Source: Ginglymostoma cirratum (taxonomy: Eukaryota). Taken from it: a stretch of 64,000 bases of DNA. Numbering within the stretch: the first letter of the stretch is position 1; each line of letters opens with the position of its first letter. A program made the translations under genes and the position numbers. The stretch lies in NCBI GenBank assembly GCA_024137785.1, contig JAHRHZ010000267.1:21475307-21539306 (forward strand), written 5' to 3'. Positions 1-12,615 of the stretch are shown one piece after another. A model generated the notes under the pieces. That model was not told the DNA's origin. It was given only the letters and a program-made list of their open reading frames with translations, and did not search any database.

Positions 1-2344
1 TCTTAGATAATTGAAAGCAAGAAGAGAAACGGCAAACAAATATTTCAATGAGTTAACAGTTACTGTCACTGTTTATGGAGGAGGCAGAGCAGGTAGAATA
101 AATTCGCATTAATGTATCTAGGGGAATGTAAAGTGATACGCTGCTGGTGGTGATAGCTGAAAGAGTAACGTGATCTATAGTCATTTGAAACAAAGTTGAA
201 GATTCAATTGTTAAGAAGTAGGGATTTTTCTTTGCAAAGAAACTGTGCTGTTAGTAAAGGAAGGAATAAAGGTGCAGAGGATCCGAGAACTTTGTGGGAA
301 AGCTGATGACGCCGCGTTGGAGAAATTGAACATTGAGCTGTTGGGATTAAGACCTACTGAAATTTTGCAAAATAAGTTTCGAAAGAGAAAGCTGTCTACA
401 AACTAATAATCAAGGAAACAACCTATTGAACATGCCAATCTTGGAAAAAGACCTTTTTTAATACCACACTTAAATTGGATTCGCCACCAAAAACTAGGCT
501 GGGGATTGTATATATTATCCAAACGTATTTTTTAATTTAAAATCAACGTGTTTAATTAGACTGAGCCCATGTCGATGTTATTTATTATGCAACACATGAG
601 ATGTTGAATGGCTAATGATATAATTAATCATTATTAACTACAATTTTCCATATTTGTTGCATCACTGCTTCCTGTGATTAGGTCTGCATTTTTTTGATGG
701 GAGGAAGGGATTATATTCAAGCCTATTCCATAACTAAAGCAAGATCCCAGCGGATTGTTCAATCAGTATTGCAATGTGGAAAGTTGTTGGAAATCTGTTA
801 AGCTAAATGCAATCTCTAAAGGACTGTGATTTGTGATCATTTGGGACATGATTACGGGCCAGTCTGATTAAGTGACTTTCTTTCAGCCAGGACAATTTGA
901 TGTCCTTCAATCTTATTAAGTAAAACTCTCAGTTGTTTTTTTTTTTACTAGAAATTAGTCTATCAGTCATCTTTTAGTTATGCAAAAACATTGGATCACA
1001 TCTATCTTTTTATTGAGAACTTGTTAAGCCTGGTTTCACTTGGATAGCTTCACTGATGCACTAGAGTTATGGAAAATAGCACTTCATCCGTTTTTAAAAT
1101 TGCCTTAACCAGACTTCCACAGTAATTTTATCCTATTCTGCAAAATATTTCCCCGACTTCAGTAACTACAAGTGAATTAACTGAATGTCAAAACTCGTCA
1201 CAGCAATGCAGATATAAATTCAGGGCACAAAATTGGCAGTAACATATCCTAACCGACAATCGTTGTGCCATTCTGTCTCTACTAAAGTTAAATTTCATTC
1301 CCAAGCATGGGTCTGAACACTTTGCCAGGGATCATCTGTTTAGAATGCATATGTTGCTCATGATGTATCAAGAATCAAATTCAGAATGAAAGTTAGGGAA
1401 TTAATCAACATATACGATGGATAAATGACAGAAACCGGACACCTCTTAAGCAGGAGGAAGAACAAGGATGTTGGGCAAACAAAAGCATTGAGAAGAGGGA
1501 AAACATCGAAAAAATAGGATGAAGGAGCCAAACCCAATTAATTAAAATAAACTGGGAAATTTAACAGAAATGCTACAGCATCTAAAGTGGTTCCCGGATG
1601 CAATCACCAAGGTGTATGTGCAAGAGAATGACGTATGAATTCAAGTTCATTCCTTATGTAAAAGATAGTGGATGCCCAATAAACTTTTAAATGTATCTCA
1701 CTTCAGTGTTTACTGCAGGACGAAGACACAATCGATGTGCATACTCTTCTTTTAGACTTATAAAAAGAAATAAAGAAGCAAAAAGAATTCGCATCAATTT
1801 ATTGGTTGATCACGTGTTATCAAAGACTAATATTGCTGCACTGTAACTAGGAATATAATGGAGCATATTACAATGAAGCTAACCAGGGTATAGCAAGATT
1901 TCCTTTAAAAAAATCAACTTCATTTTGTTTTGGAGGTCAGTTAGTTGAAGACATTGCTTTATTTTGCATTGCTTTCTGGATTTTTAAAAGAGATAACAGC
2001 TGTATTTATAGATTAATTAATGTTGCAACAATCAACTTTACTGTAAAATTACTACATTTTTATTCTCGTGAGCTTTGTTTTGGACAGCAACTGTATACTT
2101 CTGGATTGCATTCTGCAACTTTAACCGACCCCATTGATTTAATTTGTGTTGTCAGCTAAAATATGATACTGCATATTGTTTCAACATAATCAATCGTTTA
2201 AAGTGCACTTTGAAATATTTAGATAATAGGATTGATAATTTGTTATACATGTTAATTCTATCTTCACCTTTTCCTCTGTGTAGATGAATTTGTTTCTTCT
2301 GTACAACTTGCTGCCAATTAATTGCTTGCTGAAATGCTAAGCTG

Positions 2345-2590
2345 GTTATCTATCCCTCCACCAAGGGGGAGAAAAGTTTCTTTTCAGTCTACTCTCTTTC
2401 TGCCCCTCATAATTTTATACATCTCAATCATGTTCCCACCGCTCCCCCACCAAATCAGTCTCCTCTGATCTAATGAAAACAACCCCAGTCTATCCAACTT
2501 TTGGATTCCAGAGCTGTAGATAATAGCAATGGCCTAATCAACATTTTATATAGCTCCAGCATAACCTCCCTGTTTTTAATCTCTACGGTC
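2345..2590 (-). mobile_element. Degraded CR1 LINE ORF2 fragment
   Basis: Minus frame gives KNREVMLELYKMLIRP (CR1 KSREVMLQLYRTLVRP motif); typical ccctcataattttatacatctcaatc segment. Confidence 0.7.
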
Positions 2591-3039
2591 CTCCATGCTT
2601 CCAAGTTCAAAGGCACTTGGTATCCGCTCGAGGGATCCCCATGTGAGGAGGGGGGAGGGTGGAAGGGGCTCCTGAGAACCACCTCCATGCCTTTGTAACG
2701 GACCCTGTGTGAACTCCACTCCCCCCTGTTTCCCACTTTCACTCGCCAGGGCCATCAATGATCCCAGGTCTTTGGTTGGTGTTGTACGGACAACAGACAC
2801 CCCGCACCAGCCTCCCACCAATGGCTCTACTCAGCGATGAAGAACGGCCAATCTTTGACCAACAGCTCTTGTTAGCTGCGCCCTAGGTGTCCTTGATCAC
2901 TGGGACATGCAATCACTTTGCTAAGTTCCCGACCAGTACTTAGTTCAGTGGTCTTCCCCAAAGACCAGGGGCGTCAGTCACCTCCATTGTGCAATCTCTC
3001 TCTCTTCTGCCCCTTTTGATTAAGCATAAGTTATCCCCT

Positions 3040-3140
3040 CAGCTCAGTGTTCATTTTGTTTACACCTACCGTGAAGCACAATGGCTTAATTTTTCTACAT
3101 TAAAGTAACTATATAAATGCAGGTTCTTACTGCTGTTTGT
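3040..3140 (+). mobile_element. L2-type LINE/SINE 3' tail
   Basis: gtgaagcac...ctacattaaagtaactatataaatgcagg resembles the tail at about 18975-19040. Confidence 0.45.
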
Positions 3141-3386
3141 AGCTAGCTAATTACTACAATTTTGCTACAAATACAATAAATGTTTCATCTTATTTTAACA
3201 TGAGGCAGTTTAAATTTACATTTATGGATGTCCTTACCTTCAGCTGCCACTGCATCTGCCCAGCTGGGTTTTCCTCCCATAATTTGAAAGCAACGGGTTG
3301 CTTAGCAAACCATTAGCTCACAATAAACACACAGTAATGTCCATTGTCTTTCCCATCCATAGCTTTTTGATGCTATTTTAGTTTAC

Positions 3387-3532
3387 CTGAATATTGGTTA
3401 GAAGTGTTTCTATTGAAGATAGTCCATCAGCAAATAAAAATGGAGCAGGAAACCCAGGCGGCAAGGCTTGCCCAGCCATGTGAAACTTCTCGATGCTGGT
3501 TCTAATGGCAGGCATCATGAGCTGAGTCTCAT
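3387..3532 (-). CDS. DACH2: DACH2-like coding exon, 146 bp, phase 1 to 0, start of DACHbox-C (DD2)
   Basis: Encodes (D)ETQLMMPAIRTSIEKFHMAGQALPPGFPAPFLFADGLSSIETLLTNIQ; SSIETLLTNIQ is the hallmark start of DACHbox-C. Acceptor ttctgtgctatgTAG|AT, donor CAG|GTAAAC. Confidence 0.95.
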
Positions 3533-6419
3533 CTACATAGCACAGAAATTGAATCATTAAGTGATGAAAGTATGGAATATTCACAATAGATAACAGTACA
3601 ATTCTAGTGCATGAAATCCATGTTAAGCAGCATGCTTTCCTCACTGGAATGATCAAGCTAACAAATAGTTCACTTACACAGAAGAGATCAAAAAGTTGAA
3701 ATCAGCCTTGTGTACCTTTGCATCCTGTTAGCCTTTCAATTATTTGATTATGTATGAACTTATAAATGGTGTTTTGAAGTTGACGTGTTGACTGCATGGG
3801 TAAAGAAATTATTGAGAAAGAACACTAGTCTGTGACATTAAAGATACCGCAGTGCAATAAATAAATGTCATCAGAACTCTGTCCACCACTCCTCCTTTGA
3901 GAATTTGTAAGTGAATTTATATTCCTGTTATGTGGGATATATGTATCCTGCCAAATATAAAAACAGCAAACATTTGTGCAAACATTTAAACAAAACAAAT
4001 CACCAGTTTAGCCAACATGCCTTAGAAAATACATCCCCTCTCATTGGAAAATGCCTGAATAGTCTTGGATAGAAGTTCTCGCTCCCGCTGCATGAGCTCC
4101 CAACTAATTAGCATGGTACTTTTTTTTAAAAGCACAAGTTGATATGGATATTGTCTAAATTTTAATTTCTCAAAACCTCTTGATGATCCAATATTTAGCA
4201 ATAACACATTATTTCCCATCGTTACGCCATAATTAGACATTTGATTCCTAATTGCATGTCGAAAAGCACCCCTTGATCGGTAAAAATGAATCTTCAAACA
4301 TTTTATTCACAGCATTATGTTTGATTCACAGATCAAATTTAAGAAAACATAGTTTATGTAATCTTGCCATTCACTTCTCTTTGCCTGTGTTCACTGAAGG
4401 AAAACCTGAAGTCACACCTGGCCTGAGAAATACCATTCTAGTTTGACTAATTCAGCTGTAACTAACATATATAATGCCTGTTTCAGGGCACTGCAGTACT
4501 AAGTAATATCTAGCTGTAAATTATATCTACTTCTATGTCTGTTACAAGATATCTTTCCACATCCCATTAGCTCAATAATTGACCGTTTGTCTCTAGAGCA
4601 GCAGATTAGTTGCTTGACTCTCTTGACATTGTCCAAACTTTCTGTCCTGACTGAAGAGTTCCACCATCACGGCAAGTTAAATCACTCCTACTGGCAGTTA
4701 ACTTTTAACAATGCTTCTAGGAACGTCCAAGGCCTAACCTGTCTTGTTGTACTAACTCAAAGCACGATATATGGTCAGAACTTCTGAAAAATGACTTTAA
4801 GAAACCAAAATAAAATGCACATCCAACTCTGAATAGACAATTTCCCAGTTTTCTGATTGCAACACTGAATTGAGTGCTCTGCTATACTGACCACAGTTAA
4901 TGGTTCGTAATGCTTTTGCAATGCTTCAAATTCAATGATCAATATAGTTTCAGCTGTATCTATTTCAATACTTCTTTCCCATAAGCAAACAGCTTTGATT
5001 TATCCATCTCCAATCCAATAATTCAGTGAGATAAAGTCATCCATGTTTCGGTTGGTATCTACTTGATTGCTTGTCATCCTTTTATTAAATGCCTTCCTGT
5101 TGTTTAAAAATTCATTTTTTATGTTTTGTTTCAGTCATTGAAAATATCTGCAAAGTTGCCAGGAATTCTGTCTCCGCAGTGCAAGCTGTGCTGGGGACCC
5201 GGACTAGTGTAGTTGCTCTTCAATCTACAGTTGTCACTGTTGAAATAATTCATTGCAAAATAGCCTGAAAACTGAAATGTAAAACAAATACTGATGATAA
5301 AATGCCAGGTCATATAAATTTTCTGGGCTGCATGTCTGCACTGTTGCAGGATTTTCCAGCAACTGTCAATAACTGTGTGTAAGATTCATTTCACAGCATT
5401 AAAGCAGGATTTCAAAACAAACCAAGACAATTTCCCTTTTTACTGCCTAAGCGTAAGAGTGGAGATGTTGATGCTAACTCACTCCCTGCTCCCACTGCTC
5501 ACTGGATCATGTATCATTCTTGGCAATCAGCTTGTTAAGAACTGGTTAGTGAGTTCTCGATGCCAACAGTAGCATCCCAGCTTGAGTCTGCAGCTTCCTC
5601 ATTCTAATCTCAGTTGGTGGGACAGTAAGTCACTTGTCTCTCAGAGTGGAGGTAACAGGGAGGGAGATATCAGAGGCATGAGCAGAGTGGTGGCTTTTAG
5701 CAATCATCTCCTTGTCCTTAACCATGACTCTGATTGCCCTGAAATTAGGACATGTGGAGACCCCTTCTAACCTCCACCTTCCCTCCCTCCCCTAAAAACT
5801 GAGAAGTCAGGTCACCAGCACTATTCTCCCCTGCCAGGAACACAGGTCATGGGAGAGGTGGTGAGATGAGGCCCGTTAAATGGTCAGTTAACTAACCACT
5901 TGAAAGATGTAATTGCTAGCAAGTCAGGAGTCCCCTCTGCATCTCCTTGTTTAGTGCTTAATTGGTGTGCTGGCCAGAAGGGAAATGAGATTTTCTCCAG
6001 GTCCAAGTCATCCAACTGTTTCCCATTCTCACTACTTCTCTCTACACCTCCCTGTGGAAGAAAATTCCATAGTATTATATTTCAAAATTCTATTATATTT
6101 GAAAAGAACAGCACATGCGCTTTAAGATTTTTTAAAAATCTGTACATCTATCTGCATTTTTCTAATGGTGCTTCAGAATGCTCTTCATCATAATTAAACC
6201 AACTTTACGTCCTGCCCCTTCCTCTTTCATCATCCTGACTGCCAGCAACAGGCTTTTCAAAAACAAAATTGCTAAGTACTTAAATGCCTAAGTCATCTCA
6301 GTCTGTTTCAGTGATGTAATTTAGTTTACAATAATTTACTTTTCACATACTGGGGCAAAAGTTCATACCTCCTGGTGGGCGCGGAGCGTTTATTCAGGCA
6401 GGAGGGAAATTTTTTTTGT

Positions 6420-6532
6420 ACTTACTAATCAGTCTGTTCAGTGATGTTATTACATATCTCTGAAGCAGGTGAGACTTGAATCCAGGCCTCCTGACTCAAA
6501 CTGAGGATACTACAATTGTGAACACATGAGCT
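6420..6532 (-). mobile_element. Short tRNA-derived SINE
   Basis: Reverse complement has a B-box-like GGATTCAAGTC and matches the plus-strand copy at 15932-16026 (gctcttgtggtgcagtg...ccagaggtgtg...gattagaaaata). Confidence 0.6.
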
Positions 6533-7126
6533 TTTGGCCATGAGGGAACATCACAGCCTTCCTGCTTCTGCATGGTTAGGCCAATGGCAGGGGTAGGGAG
6601 AGTCTTCAGCAAGCAGGTGAGCAACACTCCTCCACCCCCACTGCCAACTTTAAATTCCGTACATTGGGATACAGCTACGCTGAAGTTGCTCCACAAAATT
6701 AGCAAAGGAAGTCTGTTCAATGGGAACCAGCAACCTTAAGCCAACCTTATGTTTTAATTGTCAGCAAACAATAGAAATGTCAACTGGAAAATGAAAGCAA
6801 AACATGCTGTGAAAATTTCCTCATCATTAAGATGATCACTTGCTATTAGGAAATCTTCACTCTACTTGAATATGTCATTTCACACCTTTTTGGAAATGTA
6901 GCTTTCGGACAATCCACCTGCAAAGTCACGACTGAAGGAAAATAGGACTTAGAGAAGGAGTAGCCTATTCTATCCTCCTTCCTACTCCACTATTCAATAA
7001 GATCATGACTGATCCAAGTGCTGTCTCAATTCCTCTTCCCTGATTGCTACCCCATAACCCTTGACCCTCAGCCCGGAATAAACTCACTCCCTCCACTGTA
7101 CTCGAGTGAAGAGAGTTCCATGGACT

Positions 7127-7695
7127 AGAGTCAGAGAGATGTACAGCACAGAAACAAACACTTTGGTTAAACTCATCTACGCCGACCAGGTATGCTAAAT
7201 TAATCTTGTATCATTTGCCAACATTTGGTCTATATCCCTCTAACCCCTTCCTGTGGCCTAACTAATGTCCAGTACAGCTGCAACATGACCTCACAACTCA
7301 CTTCATGCACTGACCAGTAAAGGCAAGCATACCAAATGCCTTCTTCAATATCCTGTCTACCTAGGACTCAACTTTCAAGGAACTATGAGCCTGCACTCCG
7401 AGGTCTCTTTGTTTGGCAACACCTCACGTTTATCCAGATTAAACTCCATCTGCCATTCCTTGGCCCATCAGCCCATCTGACCAAGCTCCCGTTGTACTCT
7501 GTACGCTGAGATAACCTTCATCGTCCACCAATTTTGGTGTCATCTGCAAACTTACTAACCAAACCGCCTAAATTCAGATCCAAATAATTTATATAAATGA
7601 GAAAAAGCAGTGGACACAGCACTGATCCTTGCGGCACACCATTGGTCACAGACAGTCCACCACTACCCACTGTCTCGTATCTTCAAACCAATGTC
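7127..7695 (-). mobile_element. Second CR1 (HER1-like) 3' fragment nested in the older CR1
   Basis: Starts tagagtcagagagatgtacagcacagaaaca, the reverse complement of the 3' tail at about 27240-27275; gtgtcatctgcaaactt reads KFADDT on the minus strand. Confidence 0.75.
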
Positions 7696-8958
7696 TCTCA
7701 AGAAAATTCTCCCCTGCTCGACTATACAAGTGAGATCTCTTATTTTTATACTGTCCCCCTCTACAGGAAACTCCCTGGTACTCACTCTATCAAGTTCCGT
7801 CAGGATTAGTATGCATTGCGAAGAACACCTCATTCTTTTAAACTCCAGTGAGTATAGGCCTAACCTGCATGACCTTTTTCACATAAAGGGGTTAGTTTAT
7901 CGTAAGATTCTGTCAAGTGAACCTTCACAGACCAGCTTCTAACACTATTCTAACACTATGCTTTTCCAAATAAGGTGGCTAAAATTGTTCAAAATACTCC
8001 AGATGTAGTCTCACCAAAGTCCTGTACAGGTGCAGTAAAACTTTCCTATTTTTTACATCCCATTCTCCCTGTTATAAACACCATCATTCTATTTTCCCTT
8101 CCCAAACACCTTCTGTAACTACTCAATAACATTCTGTGATTCTTGTTAAAGGGTCTCTAGAATCTTCTGCACCAGATATTCTGCAACCTAAGATTAAATG
8201 TTTCTACATTTAAACTCCATCTGCCAAATTTGTGCCCATTCACTTAACCCACCTTTAATCTTTTCTGGACTCATGTCCTTTTCACAATTTAGTTTTCTAC
8301 CTATTTTGGTGTCATTGGGAAATTTAGCTTCATCCAGGTCATTGATATAGATTGTTAAAGTTGAGATTCCAAAACTGATCCCTTTAACAATCCACTAGTC
8401 AGTGCTCGCCAATCTGATAATAACCTATCTTTCTCAACTCCTTGCTTCCTGTTAACTAATCCTTTGTAACGTACTCATGTCATTCTCTACAACATAAGCT
8501 TTCACTTTGTGGAGTAAATTTTGTCACACCTTTATCAAATGCTCTTGGAAATTCATACCTACAACATCTGCAGATTTGTCTTTCTCTACCTTGCTTGTTA
8601 CTTCCTCAAAGATCTTGATAAAATGATTAACATGATCTCTCCTTCACAAAATGTTAAATCTGCTTGATCCCATTGTGCTCTTATTATCCTAGTATAACCT
8701 TTAAATGGATTTTAACAACTTCCATATGACCAATGTTAGGCTAGCTGACCTATGGTTTCCTGCTTCTTGTCTCCCTCATTTCATTTGGAAAATTATGATA
8801 GCTATTTTCTTTAGAATCTAAAGATTATAACCAATACCTTTAACCATGTCTCCAGCCACTTCTTTTACAAGCCTGGGATGCCCCCATCTTATGTTCTTAA
8901 CAAGCCATGAGGCTGGGTCTTATAGTTTTCCAAACACTTTTTTCCACAGTTAATGTTT

Positions 8959-9075
8959 CCCAAAACATCAACTCTGATTTTTTTTTTCACAGATGCTGAC
9001 AGACCTGCTGAGCTTTTCCAGCAACTTCCATTTTTGTTCCTGATTTATAGCATCCTCAATTCTTTCGGTTTTACT
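8959..9075 (+). mobile_element. Penelope-like element terminal repeat (pLTR) fragment
   Basis: cacagatgctgacagacctgctgagcttttccagcaacttccatttttg is related to the reverse complement of 29350-29380; flanked by an imperfect direct repeat. Confidence 0.6.
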
Positions 9076-9924
9076 TTTTCCATAGCAATGAGTGACTTTT
9101 AAGTTCTTCTTTCACTTCCACTTCCCGGTTTTTGAACATGTCTGGGAAAGTATCCATGTTATCTACCCTGAAGACTGACAACACTCTGGCTGTTCAATGC
9201 TTGCCTTATTTCCTGATTTTTCCATTATTAATTCCCAGACCCAATCTCTGGAGGTCCAACACTCAATTTAGTTGCACTGTTCCCTTTTAAATACTTGCTG
9301 AAATGCTTACAATCTGTTTTGAGAGAAAGCCAGTCTGCAACAAAATTGTAATTCCAAGGCGTCACATCAGTAGAGTAAAAGAAATTGTGACTTGTTCAAG
9401 AAGCAACTTTCTAAGTAACAAATGAAATATCCGACTGCATAAATGTAAATAAGATTCGAGTAGCTAAACATACTAAACTAGTATAACTAACATACAGAAA
9501 TCCAAATCAATTGCTTTACTTTGTTTTCTCAAAGCCGTGATTTGACCTGGAGTACTACAAACTGCTCAACTAATTTCTTTACATGGAAATGAAACGTTTT
9601 GAGCTAGTAGAATTCTATTTAAAGTAACATTTTATTCTTAAACTACAAAACTATGTCCATTCCTAAACAATATGTTTTTGCCCATTGTGGTGAAAGTGCA
9701 ATTAATTTTGGGCATGAATTTAAGGTAGAAATCCCTCTAAGGATGCCCTGCAGTTTCACTACCGGTATAGACTAACATAGCCAGCGATTAGTTTATCTGG
9801 ATATTTTCCTGGGCACTGAAGGCTTCTAGGAGCTATGTATAAATTTGGTTGTGCTGCTTTGTGGGAATAGAAATTTTCATTCTGCTCCTGTGGAATGCAC
9901 CAGAATTACCAATATAGGCGAGAA

Positions 9925-10635
9925 CTGTTACAAATGCAAAGGGAGGCCTCTTGGCCCATTGTGTGTACTCTCTGAATGAGCATCATGACTTAAAGCCATT
10001 GTCCTGGCTTTCTCCCATAATGCTGCATGTTATTGCTATTTAAATAACCTCTAACACTGTCTTGAATGCCTCAATTCTTAAAGCTGCCACTGTCATGCTT
10101 CCAAGCAGTGCATTCCAGACCCAAGCCACTTGCTGTGTGGAAAAGGATTTTATTTTTGCATTACATTTACTTCGTTGCAAATCAATTTAAATCTGTGCCC
10201 TCTGTTCTTAAACTTTTCTGTGAGCTAGAGCAGTTTTTAGCTGTCAACTCTGTCCAGATTCCTCGTGATTTTGGAAACACTAATCAAATCTCCTCTTAGC
10301 CATCTCCTTTCCAAGAACAGCAATCCCAAATTCTTAAATTTACCTTTTTAACTGAGGTGTCCTATCCCTGGAACCATTCTTGTAAATGTCTTCACTTTCT
10401 CTCTCTCATGCATTCACATCACCTTAAATTGGGTCCCAGACTTGTACAGCATTCAAGCTGAGGTCTAAGCAGTATCGTATATGGGTGTAGCATAATCTTG
10501 TTGCTCTTGTACTCTCTGTCCCGATTTTAAAAAAGCCAAGGATGCTGTAAGTTTTGCTATCTGATCTCTGCACTTGTCCTACCATCTTTTGATAACTCAT
10601 GCACACATTGTCTTTCTGCTCCTGCAGCTTAGCAG
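9925..10635 (-). mobile_element. Degraded CR1 LINE 3' fragment
   Basis: 3' tail ggaggcctcttggcccatt; the minus ORF 10424-10675 has remnants such as ILGFFKIGTES...LSLNAVQVWDP (CR1 ILGFI.RGIEYK...LEYCVQFWSP). Confidence 0.7.
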
Positions 10636-11419
10636 GAAGGCAAAGTAGAAAATAATAATCAAGTGGTGTGAACATCTGTGGAGAAATTATACAGTGAGGG
10701 ATGACGCAGGAGAGAATTTTTGGATGAGACTGTGTTCACAAGTAAATGGAATGAATTACAGATTCTCTCTCCAAACACTTTTGAATTCTATACGATTTAA
10801 AAATAGGATTTGACTTGCTCAATGACTGTCTAAACATAAGTGTTCCTAATTATGGAAATTGTAATCTGTAACCTGTTCCCCTCAAAGTACACCAATATTA
10901 TCCCTGTTACATAATAACTGGCGTATGAATAGCAGAATGGAAGGAAAACTATGTCTCTAAGCAGGATTTCACGTTTTCACCATCTACCATAAAGTAACAA
11001 CATTGAGTGAATACATTTTGGGATTTTTGTTTTTTTTTTGATTTGGTGTTTGTCATTCAGTGAGGATTGATGCTGGTACCAAGGCTCAGTGAAGATGTTG
11101 GAGCTGTTTTCACGCTGATTTTTAGATAATGTACCCGAGAATAAGAATTCTATGAAGAAGTGAAGAAAACTACTTCCACAAAAGATTTTTTTTACACTCA
11201 GTGTCACCAAGGGGTGAATTTTTGCCATGTCCTTTATTTAGTATAGGTTAAGCAGGATCAGAAGAAGTGTGAAAATTATTCAGTTTCCACATAGCAGCTA
11301 TCACTGAGAGTGCTGATTTGTCTGTCTTGAGACAGAAATTTGTGACTTGTGCCAAACCCTTCCACTTTTCCATAAGTAAAAAAGCAATCACAGGAGCTGC
11401 AGGCTTAGAATGTAGGGCT

Positions 11420-11530
11420 GGACAAACCTTTGCTGCATTGATATTGACCTGAAATTAATGCTGGAGGCCATGAGGGAAAGGAGGAAGATCCTCCTCCTCC
11501 TGGAGCGTAGCTGGAAAAGGCCGGAAATTG
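11420..11530 (+). mobile_element. Possible PIF/Harbinger Myb/SANT-like ORF remnant
   Basis: DLKLMLEAMRERRKILL resembles the first helix of Harbinger Myb/SANT-like proteins (LEVLLEAVRERREVLF); short match only. Confidence 0.35.
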
Positions 11531-12436
11531 TGGAAATTGTGCAGCAGGGATCCTCTTTACTTCCCTGCCATCTTCCTCCAGCTCCAGTTTGTCCTTTTCG
11601 TCATCTGCACATACTCCTCCCCGATGAGCTATTTCCTTCCAGGTTCACTCCTCTATGGAGGGCTATGTTGTAGAGAGGACTGCAGGCCAGCGGAAGAATG
11701 AAAACTATTGCAGGAGCACCACCTGACTAGTCCTGGCACCAGAATCATACCTTCAGAAGCCCCAGGACTTGTTCAATAGCTATCCAGTGAGCAGACTGTG
11801 TCAATCACATTACATTTGTGCTTTTTTCCTGGAGTTCACAAGATAACCCTTGTCCCTGAGGATCCATCCATGCGTTTTTGAGAGTAAAAGTGAAGGTCTG
11901 AGGCTGCCTGGACTGCTAACTCCAATTTTAGCAGTAAATATGTGTTTGATCTCCAGTGCCTTCCTGCCCTGCGTCCATTTGCTACACTAGGTTCTGCCCC
12001 CACCCCCCCACCCCGTGGAGAGTGTTGCCTTCAATGCCACATGACCCCAAATCCAACCGGCTATGACACCATTGGCAGCTACAGCTTCTGTTCTGGATAG
12101 GGTAGCTGCTCAATTGTCTCTCTCAGTATTATTCTCTACTCTAATGCCCCAGTGATACCAGATCGTTGCTGAACTCGTGTTTTTTTTTAAGAGCTCAGGC
12201 ACTGGATGCCTGCTCTCCCTGCGATATGTGCAATGCCAAAGTCACCCCCTTACCAACTGTCCAGACCCGTTTACCCCACTCATCAGGAGCCAGGGCGATA
12301 CCTTAGGCAACCATGAGTTGGTGACCCATTTCATAGCTGCTTTCCTTCAGCTGGTCATCTTTTGTGTTTGTCTGTAACCTGTCTGTCCTTTTTTTTTTTG
12401 CACAAACAAAAATTCCAGCCTTACAAATTCGACCAG

Positions 12437-12615
12437 TTGCTTGTTAGCTCAGTTCTCTAGAAAGCTAATGTGTGGTTCAGAATAATATCAGCAACATGGG
12501 TTCAATTGCTGCTCCAGCTGAGGTAGACATAAAGACCTGCTTTTTGTTGTGTCCCGTGTTTGATGCAGAGTGGTACCCTTTAGGCTGTACAATGTCTGCC
12601 CTCTCTCTGAGCTGG
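12437..12615 (+). mobile_element. Old tRNA-headed SINE
   Basis: A-box-like TAGCTCAGTT and B-box-like GGTTCAATTGC; the 3' part resembles the reverse complement of 51065-51190. Confidence 0.5.

Larger units (their letters stand above)
6945..9320 (-). mobile_element. Old CR1 LINE (3' UTR plus RT region), interrupted by two younger insertions
   Basis: CR1 3' UTR (attcaataagatcatgactgatc) near 6990; RT-derived antisense segments 7960-8760 (ttttggtgtcattgggaaattt, tcaaatgctcttggaaattc). Confidence 0.75.

Noticed and set aside
1-3386. Next downstream DACH exon (GLLKVA...)
   Set aside because: Not found in the remaining 3.4 kb.
7937-7958. Tandem 11-mer TTCTAACACTA x2
   Set aside because: A simple slippage duplication inside a dead LINE.
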